Source: Lepidodermella squamata (Eukaryota; Animalia; Gastrotricha). Taken from it: a DNA stretch of 64,000 nucleotides. The stretch covers positions 1,860,001 through 1,924,000 of the forward strand of contig JBLDXI010000042.1 in the NCBI GenBank assembly GCA_047495785.1, read 5' to 3'. Below the pieces are notes generated by a model that saw only the letters and a list, made by a program, of their open reading frames with translations, was not told the origin of the DNA and did not search any database. This document shows, in pieces, positions 36,826 through 48,581 of the stretch; position 1 is the stretch's first letter; every line of letters starts with the position of its first letter. The position numbers were made by a program, and so were the translations under genes.

Positions 36826-37625
36826 TATTACTGCGGGTGATGTATACAATGAGATACTTGAGAAGTTTTATGCGCCGATGTATAATATTACCGGTATCAT
36901 CATCGCTGGTTATCACTAAGATTAAATGACTATTGGGTAGGAAAAGTGATCAGAGCTTGATGCTTGAGTTAAACAAAAATCTTCTTAAACCGAAAAACAA
37001 GTGTTTCAGCCTCAAAGCAGAATATATGCAGTCAATTGTTTCCGTTCATACATGAGACATGCCGAAATTCTGCTACGGGTTCTTATTCTCGTAGACAACC
37101 GTGACTTTCTCGTTTTGCACTTGGGGCATCGGCACTTCACCCGATCGAGATCGACCTTCAAGTTCAGCGATGTAACTTGATAAGCTGCTTTAAAACGCGT
37201 TCCCTGGAAGTTTTTACAGCTGCGCATCATAGCAAGAAGAGGGATGGTAGAAATTAATTTAGTAGATAAAATTAGCTCAGTCGATGGATCGCCGTCCTGG
37301 TTGCTTCGTATTGGGGATTGCCTACAACAATGAGCTTTATGTAAATGTTTATCAAACCGTCGGAGCTTACCCTTGCTCTGCCATTCGATCTCTAAATGTT
37401 GGTGAATGCCGTAAAAGTATTGAAATAAAAAACTTGTGACAGTTTGACCTGAAAAGGAATTTTGAAAAATGAACAGGATTTATCGGTATATGTTTCTAAT
37501 ATATTATAGCGGTTAGTGCAAGTATATAATCCCGCTGAAAGAAAACAATGCATAAGGCTATGCGTAGGATGCAAAAATGAAACTTCTAAATATAATTTAG
37601 TTTTTCAGTTATTTCAATTCAGTTT

Positions 37626-38867
37626 TCAATCCAAGCTCCACGTTTCAGCAGATGATGATCCCGGATTATCGATGACTGAAGCAGGCACAGAATCAGCAGA
37701 TGATGGTCCCGGATTATCGATGACGGAAGCAGGCACAGAACCCAAAACTGGTGCAAGAGGCGTAATAACTGGTTCGGCAGCAGTTGACGGGCTTTCAACT
37801 TTCTTTACTTCGAATTTTGCGAGCGGTGTGCCCAAAGGCTCTAGTGTGGTGACGTTTATCTTGGTCATGGAAAAGCTGCCTTCACCGTCATCTTTTGATG
37901 GCTTGGCCCAGGCGGTAATGAGCCAACCTTCATGCTGCTCTATCTCGCGTTTGACATGTTTGTACACAGCCCACTCATCAAGAGTCAAGTCCCCGTCGAT
38001 TGACTGCTGTGGCAACAAGCTCCTTCCAAGTTGTGTGGAATGATGCACCGAAAAGCACAGGAGCTCATGTCCTGGGACGATAATCTTGATGCCGAGCAGA
38101 CTACTGATGGATTTCTTCCCCTCAAAAAGCCAGCAATAACAAGATGTTCCGTATCGGCCATCGCACGATAAGGATCGGCAAGATGTTCGGAAGTTCACTT
38201 TTGCAACTCGGATTTTATCAACTTTGACGTTGAATTGCGTAAAGACATCTACTGAAGTGTTTGCAGTGGCGGGCAAGGGCATTTCGACATAACGGAAGGT
38301 CTCAGCAGATTTCCCAATAATGCAGTCGGCTGTGAAAGTCGCCATTTCATTCCAGAGGCCTTCCCATTCAGGGTTTATAATTTCAACAAATCCTCCTAAG
38401 CGCCAGGTACCCCAGAAGGATGCTGATAGCTCACCAGCTTCCGTTTTTGAAAGAAAAACAACGAAGACCTCCGATGAGTTGGGTTTCCTGTATTCATAAA
38501 ATGAACATTAATATATGTGGTGATTGCTATTAAAGACTGTTTTGTACCCGATGAAAAGGCATCTTGAGTAGTAAAACTCGCGTTTCACTCTCTTCTCCTT
38601 CGAACCGTCGCGAGTCATTATTAGCGTTGCAGGCTTCTTCTCCTGTTTCTTTCCGTGCAAAAAGCGCCCGAATATTTTTACTGCGCCTATTTCAGCATTT
38701 CTCTTTGCCATTGAAGCCACGTCAACGATTTCAAACTCCTGCACCATTTCTGACACCTCCCGATACTTTCGGGCTTTCAATTTGCTGGCAATTGGACTGA
38801 GTCTGGAAAAGGAACAAATATTAAACAACATGGTATCTTTTGTGACTTGTTACCCTTCGTTCGGCAT
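37626..38867 (-). CDS. Putative OB-fold/zinc ssDNA-binding accessory gene of the Helitron-like element (3 exons)
   Basis: Exons 38867-38854, 38802-38548, 38487-37626 splice in frame; SFWGTWRLGGFVEIINP and SCRSLSCDG..SCYC cluster; duplicated 14-aa tail repeat. The OB-fold call is inference. Confidence 0.55.
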
Positions 38868-41800
38868 TCTTCAGAGGTTCAAGGTAATACAGAAAAGCGT
38901 CTAATACAATGGAAAGGAGTGAACCAGAGCATTCAACATATGAGACGTGTCATACAGAAAAGCCCCTCATCGTGTTGTTGCGTCAAACAATTGGGATGAC
39001 TACCCTCTAATAAATAATGTGGTACAGCAATTTCCCTGTGTCAAGTTTTCAGTACTTATTCAGCTGCAATAAAGGCCTTTTCTCCACGGCACATCTCAAA
39101 CGGGATACTGTTCTGGGCCAACCCGAGCGGCGACTCAGCCGACACCCATGACACCTACATGCGACTTAAGCCGGTGTAACGACGCCGACCTGTTTCCACC
39201 TCTGGCTCAAGGTTCAATCCCCCGATATTTATTACTGCATAGGAATCAGTCTTCGCGAAGTAGGATCCCGGAGCTGAGGTGTTTTCTACTTGTTTTCTAG
39301 GTCTGATAGGAATGGTGATTTTTATTCATCGATTGAAGGTGCCATGTACGAAAGATGTAAAAAGATGGAGCTGCCCAATCTGGAAATAAGAAGTTTCCAC
39401 CATAACCGTGCGGGATGAGTTATGACAGAAAAAAGGATGTGTTGATGCCAAAAATAAGGCAGTCAAAGTCATTAGTCGCGAGAAGGTGAAAATGTGTCCA
39501 AAACGAAACAGCTTCCTGGGAACAATCATGAACTCAATTAGATAACGATTGAAAGATGTAAAATGTCGTAATCGATGCAATGACTGGCTGTGATGAAAAT
39601 CAGTTGATGTCTTCAAATGAGCGAACTCCATTATTCTTTGAAGCCCACAGTTTCTCGGGTGGAACGGTTTCTAATTTTGTCTTCGTTGAATCTTGCGAAC
39701 TTCACAATTCGGAGAGCAAGCGTGCGGTTAGCTGCAAGATTCGATTCAGCAACTGCAACATTCATAATACTTTGCACTTCCCAAGGATAGAGAGGTCCCT
39801 GAATTGCTTTGTGGATGCGACGCTCAAAAGCCTTGCCGTCATCGTGGCAGGAGAAGCCAACAATCAAAGTGGCAACCATCCAGTTGTTATGCTTTCGCGT
39901 AAACACAGAACCGTTGCCATGGTTGTGCTCACTCAAACGTACATCAACCTTGCGTTTCGTTTCGCCGACATACGAAATTGCCGGTTTTCCTTGGGGGAAA
40001 ATGTGGTACACGAAACCGTTGCTTACTTGGCTGGGTAGCGCTTCATTGATGAAGAACGATGGGCCATCAACTTCAACTTCGAAGCTGTGAGAAAGATTGC
40101 GAGCCATCTGTTGAACCCGTTTTAGACTAGCTTCGTACCACCTGCTTGTTTTCAGAAGAACGGCATCGAGGTTTACTTTCAAGGTTTCGACGTCAGACGT
40201 GACAAATGTGACAAGATCTAGGGACGGGCATCTAGATAGGATAACCATCACTTGATCCCTCTGCCATAACTTGAAAGACGTGTCGCTACCTGAGATCTGA
40301 ACGGCGACGCCTGTTTCAGCGGTGGCTCCGAGCACGCGATGCGCTGTGCCACAAATGTTGTACCGCAAGGGGAATTGTATTCTACGAGCATGAGCGCCCT
40401 CTTTTCCCACAACGATTGGAATTCCGGCACGTCGAGCTATATCGATTGATGGCCACCCGCTTCGGTCCGCATTGATGCAGCGCTGTCCAGGCGGAACTAA
40501 AACAACCTTTAGCTTTGCATTAACAGCTGACATGTCATCAGGTAATCTGGTGATCATGCAAAGCTGACCTTGAGAGAACAGTTCGCTGTTGTACGTCATT
40601 CCCATCATTGCACCTTCGAACAAGACGAGTGTTCTAGGTTCCAGACAAAATCGATCGAGCTGTGAAACCATTCTTTTTTCTTTGAGTTGAACCCAAGAAT
40701 CCAAAGCCTGACTTTTAACTTCATCAATACAAGCTGCCCTCTGCGTCTTTATTGCAGGATCATTTTCCTTCCCGGAGAGATACTTAGAAACAACCTGGCG
40801 CTCGGCGCTGCGTTTACCAACAATGCGGAGTTTACCATCGGGAACTTCACTCCATTCCTTGACAAAGTGACATCGCTCTTCAACAGCTTGCAATATGAAT
40901 TGCCTATCCTCAAAATTGAGATGAGGCTTGCGGAAGACTTCGAGTATGCGCTGTAGCTGTGGGTCACCCGCTGCACGTACGTATGCGTTGAGTAGAATGA
41001 CGTCAAATGAGAATAAAACACTGGTTGAGAGCCAAAATGGACTGCCACCTATCGGATCGAGTTGGGCAGGGTCGCCAGTCGCTATCACCAGTTTCCCGCC
41101 CATTTTCAAGTCATTCGACATCAATTTTTGAGAGTGGCATCAAGTGTCGCGAATGTCTGGGCCGATATCAGGCCAATTTCTTCGAATACGATTACATCAG
41201 TACGCATGAGGACCGCTTGGCTAACTGGATTGTGTTCAAGCTTCTGCAAACAAACTCTAGCATTGGCGAGAGGATGCGCATCCTTGACTGGTAGATTGAA
41301 CAGCAAATGCATATGAGTTCCTCCAAGGGTTCTCGCACGTTCAGCAGTGAGAGCCGTTAGACAAACTTTGAGACCTCTCCCGATACCATAAAGTGCTGCA
41401 ATCAAAGCTAGATGCGTCTTACCAGAGCCCGGCGGGCCAACAAGAAGCAAGTGACGATAGTTGTCACGATCGGCGAAAATATTTCTGAGAGAAGAGACGA
41501 CTCTGTTGAGAGCGGTTGTTTGTTCCGCCACGGATTCGTCACTCTGACTGGCGGCAGGTCGGATTGTAGGGACCCAATGAAGAGGATTATCAGGCGTAGC
41601 TTCCATTAAAGAATCCAAAAGGGGGAGATCAACCTTTCCCTGAAGTTGAGCATAGCATGGTTGAACAAGATTTGTCTTTATTTGAAGTTCCGCCTTGTTA
41701 ATTGCTTCATTCGCTTCCCGCTTCAATGCAGCGTCGCAAACAGCAGGCGACCTGTGCTCAAGGTGTCCGCCTTGAAAGAAAAACCTGTGGAAAGCATTCA

Positions 41801-44800
41801 CTGCGGCGACGATGTAGTAGCTCAACTTTTTTGAAGAAACGGGTAGCCAAATGAGCTGGGTCTGAATTACTGCTCTAACAAGATTAGCAACTTCGAGGGG
41901 TGATGTTCCTTCAAGGTCATCGAATTTGACCAATCGAGCGTTGTGAAAGGTTACCCGCATGTCCGGAGACTTTATGATACTGTGCTCACAATCGAAACGC
42001 CCCATCGTCAAAACGACATGATACAAAAAGTTGAATTGATGAAGAGGCGTTATGTTGGGGAAGACGGGGATAGAAAGTCTTTTACCAGAGCGATGGAGAA
42101 AAATTGAATTTATTGCTTCATTCTTTCCATCAGCAAGCATTCGAAATAGTTGAAGCATTGGGGCCTTCGCGGGGTTGCTATCGTCCTTGGACATCAAAAT
42201 TTCGATACCCAACTGCACACTACAGTCTCTAATACGCACAGGACGTTTCATTCCATTGAAAAGAGGCGCGGAGTACAAGTCTGCCGACACTCGAAGCTTC
42301 TTGTTAAATGGATAGGGCACAAATATTCTGCTGTAGTCTCCCAATCGATCAAAAATGCGAGCTTCTGATGGGCAGATATTAAATTGCTCTGGTTTTCCCG
42401 TTGTCATATTGGATGACTCGTAATCTCGAATGTGATCAATTTGCTCATCGGTAAATTTTCGCCACTCTTCTAACTCCTCCCGGCCTTCATTAGGATCAAA
42501 ACCACCGGAAGTACCTGGCTGCAAACGTCCACGCCGGTTCACTATCCGGAAGCCACGCCTCAACTCCGGAGGGTGGGTGTCGATATGAACATGTAACACG
42601 TTTGTGTAAGTGTAGTCAAATCCTAAATTCACCCATATCACCTCTGTAGTCGCAACTTCCAGGGCATGGGTTTCTTTTTCTGCTCGCTTCTTACTTTCGT
42701 AAATAGCAGCGCCCGTCACTTTCTCGTTTTGCGTACGATGCACTTCGGTTATGACTTCCTTACCCAGTCCTGTTGATTTAAATGTGGATCGCGAACGACC
42801 CTCAACTTCCGCGTTGTACTTAACGAGATAAGCTGCTTGAAAACGTTTATCCGTTTTCTGGTAATTTGTGCAGCTGCGCATCATGACAGCAAGGACGGGG
42901 ATGGTAGGGATAAATTTTGTGTGCGCCTCATTGTTTCTCAGCGGATAATGCCAGCTTCCAGCTTTCATATTTTCGTCAAGCAGCTCCCACTTGCTACCAG
43001 CGAAAACGTCCGGAACGCGTCTAGCTAAGTTTAACTGCTCCAAGACGGCATAGGCCTCCTCGCTGTATATGCCACTGATTTCTTCGAAATAAGCTCGTTC
43101 AGTCGCTGGATGGCCACGAACCCGGCAAATAGGTTCACCTTCCTCATTTGTTCGTTTCAGGCACCTTTCACCTGCATTGAGACAGTCATGCCTTTTTAGT
43201 GGCGGCATCAATGCATGCAAATAGTCGAGGTCTTCACGGTCATCAGCTAAACCGTCAGCCAGCATATATCTGTCATCAGTGAAAAATTTCTCGCTGAAAA
43301 ATGTCGCAGGGTCTAGGCAAATTCTGTCAAGCATTTGCTCGTCAGTTTCATTTTCGATACTGATTCCTCCGTGTAGATGGGGCTTGTTTCCAAGTGAACC
43401 CGTTCCTGTAAAAAGTAATTAAAGAGGATGTAACCTATATTTTTCGACCATGTTACCTTGAAATTCCATTCTTGTGAAAAGGGTTTTCACCTTTCCCAAT
43501 ATATTCATCGGATTCTCCTCGATAAACTGACGAAGATAATGCAGAGTTCGTTCCCAAACACGTAACATTATGGTCAAGTTCCCTTCATACAGGTCCTTGA
43601 ACTTTGCCACATCGTAGTCGAACCGGAGAACATCAGTGAGCCTCATGTTGTAGTCTTCTAGCTTGATTGGCGAAGATGGAAGATTGAAGGCAATCAATAC
43701 GCATAGCCTTGACGATTTGCGCCAATCCGGGTGATCCTGTAAGAATTTTTCCTAATTCATGCAATAATTATAAATTATAAATCAAAATCTCACCGTAGTC
43801 GTTGGCAGTAACAGTAAAAAAGCCTGACCAGGGATTCTCGCTGATTGAGGCTGCAAGCTCCTTTACCTTTCGAGGAGAATCTATTTCATCGAACTGAAGG
43901 ATAGAGCCGTCAATTTCCACGCCATGCAACGCCCCGTCACAGATGCTCTCAAAGCCACGCTGATACATTAGGCCGCTGCTATTATGGTTGAGGTTTATAT
44001 TGACATTAATATCAAACAGCCAATGAGCAGAATCGAAGCGGCGAGAAGTCGCCAAATCACCATCTCGCATCCTGACAAGATTATGAGCTTTCAAACTCGC
44101 AACACCCGGTATATGTTTTGTTGCTGCGTAAAGATGGTAAGGAAGTGCTCCGAGGACGGCTCCTGAACGCGTCGCATAAAAAACAGATGGGATAAGGTTC
44201 GCCTCGGGTGAAAGTAAAGAAGTCGGCGGCGATTTGCCACAGTTCATGAGGCGTTCAAGCATAAAGGGTATCTGGTTACTCTGGTATTGAGCTATGCTTC
44301 GACGCAGCAGCTTCAAATGAGATGATATGATAAATTTGCTCGGTATATCCATATTGGGATTATGAATTGGGGCGGTGTCTGTTATGGAGAGATTATGATG
44401 CCGCGATCCTCATCAAAAATAACATCGCCAGTATAAGACATGCCGGTAAAATCGAGTTCCTCAGTCTGAGACGACTCGTTGTCACTAGCCTCTCCTTCGC
44501 TTGTTTCCTCTGGCTCAACATGAGTTGGAATCTGAGGAGCTCTCCTGATAGGCATACGTTCCGGAATCGGTACTGCTGTTGTTTTCCCGACATCGAGCGC
44601 CTTGTAGCAGCCGGCGCATATGCCAACGTCACAGTCAAACTTCCCACATATCAAGCCAGCGCTACATCTTAGAAATGACCGCTTTCCACATTGCATAGGA
44701 GGATTGCTTCGGGTCTTATAGACGCAGCATCGAACTGCATGATCGAGGGGAACAACCATGAGACCCCTATTAGGATCACCGTGTGCCTCGCAATGAGCGT

Positions 44801-47142
44801 GCTTTCGCGCTCCCAATGAGGACTGAACAACTTGGTTCATAAACTCTTCATCTCTTGGCCGTGAATAGATAGCATACATAACATTTCCAAGCACAACCTC
44901 CGATGGTCGCAGTTTCAAATAATAGGCACATCTTCCATTCTTCAGCTTCCACCAGCCACTGAAGTCATTACTCCACCGCATGACCGTCTCCACATGATTT
45001 TCCACTTTTAACGCAACGTAAACAAGATGACAACCAGCGACAGTCATGGGTAAGTCGGAGAACTGAATTTCGGAGGACGCTTCTGTTGTGTGACATATTA
45101 TGACGTCTGCACTTGAATCATGACTATCTAAACTACAGCCGTCGTTCGTAATAGCTCTCTTAGTATTCTCAGCTCCGCTTCTCGACGAGCGTCGCTCTGA
45201 GCAGTGAATGAGGTCTGCTCGGATCTCGAGAAGTTCACTTCCTGTGGAAAAAAGTTCTGTGTCTTTAATCATGGGTGCCAATTTATTTAAAATTGATGCT
45301 AATTTGTTCACAGGTGAAGTCTTTTCGCTGATGTCGAAGAGAGTTTGAATCAACTTGCGGTTAGCTTTAATAGGTAATTTCTGCTCGCTGGACCTCGTAA
45401 TGGATTCTAGGATTCGACGTAATTCGACAATGGAATTGGACTCAGTAGCAAGACTAGAAACAGTCATCCTGAACAACGAACGGCAATTCAATAATACGCT
45501 ACACAGTTGCGCGCTGATGTCTTCAGGTCGTTGAATAGATACAAGATACGGAGTCATTCCGAATTGGTCATTTCGATGAAATGGCGTAAGCATGAGACCC
45601 TGCAGCGATGTGAACTCCCTAGGCTCATCGGTGGCGGTGCTACCATCTGCTGAACCTACGCGCTCCTTGTTCTTGAGGGCCCAGCAAAAGTAAGTGTCCT
45701 CATTTTCAATGAAGTTTCCTCCTTGTTCACAAGATTTGATCATCTGCTCGATTTGTCCACGTTCCACCTGAAATTTCGACATTATGTGTGCTGTGTTATC
45801 AACCCCGATTTTCGCTGCGCAGGAAATCGCCACGTCAGGACGCTCATTAACTGCTAATAATTGAGAGGATAATCTATCGGCATTTTCATCCAGGTGAACA
45901 TTGGTTGTACCGGAGAGGGAGCAAGTACTGGAACCAAAATATCCTACGAATGCCTGGGATACAGGCCCTGAGCTCGTGAAATTCCCCACACGACCACCGC
46001 GAATAAAGTACGGCTGAATGTGTAGAGGCGCAGCAAAATCCGGCATTTTACTGTCAGCTGGTTTGAAACAGGGGTTTACAGCGGGATGAAGTAAACGCTG
46101 CATCATAGCTTTGGGTGAGTGATCCTCGCAAACCATGACGCAAAGGCCCAAGTTGGGATCGATCACCATTGAAGGGGAAACAGCCCATTTCCATTGAAAA
46201 TTGGGTTGGCAAGGCCAATCAGGTCTGGCGGAGTTGAACAGGCGAGAGTCCGAATTGAAAATTGCCTTTCCAATGATGAAGTGCAACAAATGATGGAACT
46301 GTATTCTTTTGCTGTAGCCTTGGTCGGGGAAAGTCCAACACCCTTGGCTACATTTCACTGTAGGAAAGGGCATCTTGTTTAGTGCTTGCCTGAAACCACC
46401 TGTGCGGACATAAATAAGGGTTTATAATATTATTACGAAGCAAATCTGATGTTACCTGGTGAACGAAGGACATTTGACTCGAATGCCCTAATCTCCACCG
46501 TTCTATCTTCAAAAATGGTTCCCAACCGTCAGGAGAGCTGCTGATAACTTCATTCCACATTTGCATCATTACGGGTGAGATGCAATGTTTCAACTCCTCA
46601 CGGAATCGCTCGTATCGCTTTGTGAAAAATATCGTTACTACCAGTGAAGGCCAAGCAGATTGAAAACTGAACTTATCTCGCACTGTCAGGAAATCATAGC
46701 AGCACTTGCAGATAGTTATTTCATTGTAACTCTTGCACTGCAATGCGCCCCAGCCTCTTCTCCCCTTTATTTCGTGGTGAATTGCAAGATTGATGTCGAA
46801 GTTGGGAATAGATTTTCGAAGGCAGTTTCGACAGTGCAGATTGGAAAGTTTTGCTGAGAACGATGCAATATTCAAAGATGTCGTTTTCCTCATTTTTCGG
46901 CGCTTTCGTGGGCTGCTGATCGATTCGCAAACACCAATACAACTTTCATAACTGGGCGGTGCTCCTTGTTCAGCCCGAATGAGATTTTCGCTGCCAGGTG
47001 GTTGTTCTTCTGTAGTAAAATCGGAAACGACGTTCGCAGACAAATTCTGCCCCGGAACTGCTTGAACTTCATTGTTGCAGTCCAAGATTGATGTGCTCTT
47101 GGACATGGCAGGGTTTTGGACGAATGGGATTTCGGTTTCAAC

Positions 47143-47555
47143 CAGGGTTGCACTTGTATAAACAGACTGTTTAAACACACGTGTTTAAACACATGTTTAA
47201 ACAGTATAAAGTCCAAGGAGTTTATACATATGTATAAAGTCACTACCAATTAATGCTATGATTTCCATAAAATCAGGCTTTCGGTGCCTTAGCTTCGAAG
47301 AATTTCTGGCTTTTCACGCAAAAACAATTTTTTTTCGCCTCATTTCGGTCAAGTTTGACCAAGTCTGATGTTTCTATACTGCGAAATGATGCTTTTTGAT
47401 AGAAATGACATGATTTATGGCTTGATTCCTTAGTATTCTTGACTAAAATCGATGTTTTCGCCCAGAGCTGTATTAAGTCCTGTTTAAACATGTTTAAACG
47501 TTTAAACGTTTAAACATGTAGAAAGTAGAGGCGATCTGTATTTAGTGCAACCCTG
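47143..47555. mobile_element. Non-autonomous hAT-type MITE, 413 bp
   Basis: TIR CAGGGTTGCACT / AGTGCAACCCTG; perfect 8-bp TSD GTTTCAAC (47135-47142, 47556-47563); subterminal GTTTAAAC arrays. Confidence 0.92.
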
Positions 47556-47558
47556 GTT

Positions 47559-48581
47559 TCAACGGAAGATTGGCAGTCGTTTGACGACAAGTTGCTCTGA
47601 TTGGCACTCTCGACTCTTTGAAGATCCAAAGTTGATGGTGGCATCAAACGAGTTGTCACGAGTAACCAAGACGTAATAGTGCTCCTCCGAGTGATTATGA
47701 ACCAGGCGAATGACACGTTCGCCTCTTCCGAACACGTGTATTTCTCCTCGATTACCAGTAGAGAAAAGCACGATTCTAACGTCGCAAGCATTTCCCATTG
47801 CCCAAATTGATAGCTCATTACCCCATTCACCTCCTTCTTTAGCCGGAATGCCAACGCGGCTCCTGAACTCTTTAGCCGTCAAAGAAGGAATTGGCTGGTT
47901 TCTAACAAATGCCTGCTCAACTTCGACAGCAGTTGGCTCCATGAAAATGTATTTTGTTCCAAATTTAGGCCGTCTCAGTTCTTGTTGAATCTTCCTTCTC
48001 ATTTCAAGGGAATTTCTGATTGACATATCACCAATGCTTTGCAGTCCTTTTACGCCAGCCAAAAATTGACATTCGCCGCCTCCGGCTACGCTGACGAGTA
48101 TGAAGTTGTTCAACTTGGCCAATTCCTTCGACCACTCCATATTCGACTCGATTTCAGAGGGTGGCATAGTGTAAACCTTGAACCTATCAGTGTCCTCCTC
48201 CATAGGGACCCCAATATCACCTAAAAATAGAAAATAGCATTTCGAACGTAATAATGCGAAGGGAAGCTGACTTGAATCGTTATCTTCCACTTCCGAGCTG
48301 GTTGAAAAATCGGCATCTTGAATTTCTATCATATCTCTCGAATCAAAAGTTGTTGCTCTGCTAGACTTATAGTGAGTTGGCTGCGAGGAAGCACAAGGGC
48401 AGTAATGCTGATTATGCTCATCGCAATGGCTTTGCCTTGTAACTCCTTTTTTACCGCAATCTTTCTTGCTGCAGTGCATAGTGCGTTTTTTCGGGGTTTT
48501 CCCACAACTGTTCTGCGGCTTCATGAATAGCTGATTTTGGTGATGAAGTTCAGTGAAAGAGTAATAGTTAATCAACCGCAA
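47559..48581 (-). CDS. OTU-family cysteine protease domain with upstream Cys/His-rich segment
   Basis: VAGGGECQFLAG (catalytic Cys), WGNELSIWAM..C.VRIVLF, EEHYYVL (catalytic His). Confidence 0.8.
   Translation of the reverse strand: MRLINYYSFTELHHQNQLFMKPQNSCGKTPKKRTMHCSKKDCGKKGVTRQSHCDEHNQHYCPCASSQPTHYKSSRATTFDSRDMIEIQDADFSTSSEVEDNDSSQLPFALLRSKCYFLFLGDIGVPMEEDTDRFKVYTMPPSEIESNMEWSKELAKLNNFILVSVAGGGECQFLAGVKGLQSIGDMSIRNSLEMRRKIQQELRRPKFGTKYIFMEPTAVEVEQAFVRNQPIPSLTAKEFRSRVGIPAKEGGEWGNELSIWAMGNACDVRIVLFSTGNRGEIHVFGRGERVIRLVHNHSEEHYYVLVTRDNSFDATINFGSSKSRECQSEQLVVKRLPIFR

Larger units (their letters stand above)
39631..48581 (-). mobile_element. Divergent Helitron-like RepHel polyprotein locus: OTU, long N-terminal region, HUH Rep, PIF1 helicase, GIY-YIG; disrupted
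   Basis: Rep motif 1 FFTVTAN, motif 2 RMEFQG|TGSLGNKPHLH, motif 3 YLVKY; helicase GPPGSGKT, FEEIG, GDPAQLDPI, QFPLR..CGTAHRVLGAT, VILSR; GFVY..YVGET..RLSEHN; frameshifts and a MITE insertion; termini not found. Confidence 0.85.

Noticed and set aside
38950-39600. Extra gene between RepHel and the OB-like gene
   Set aside because: A minus-strand frame looks partly coding but has stops and no consistent splice model
41115-41135. Programmed -1 frameshift in the helicase
   Set aside because: C-AAA-AAT is not a canonical slippery heptamer and the shift lies mid-domain; an indel is simpler
39580-44672. Plus-strand ORFs opposite RepHel
   Set aside because: Antisense shadows of a long coding region with no motifs
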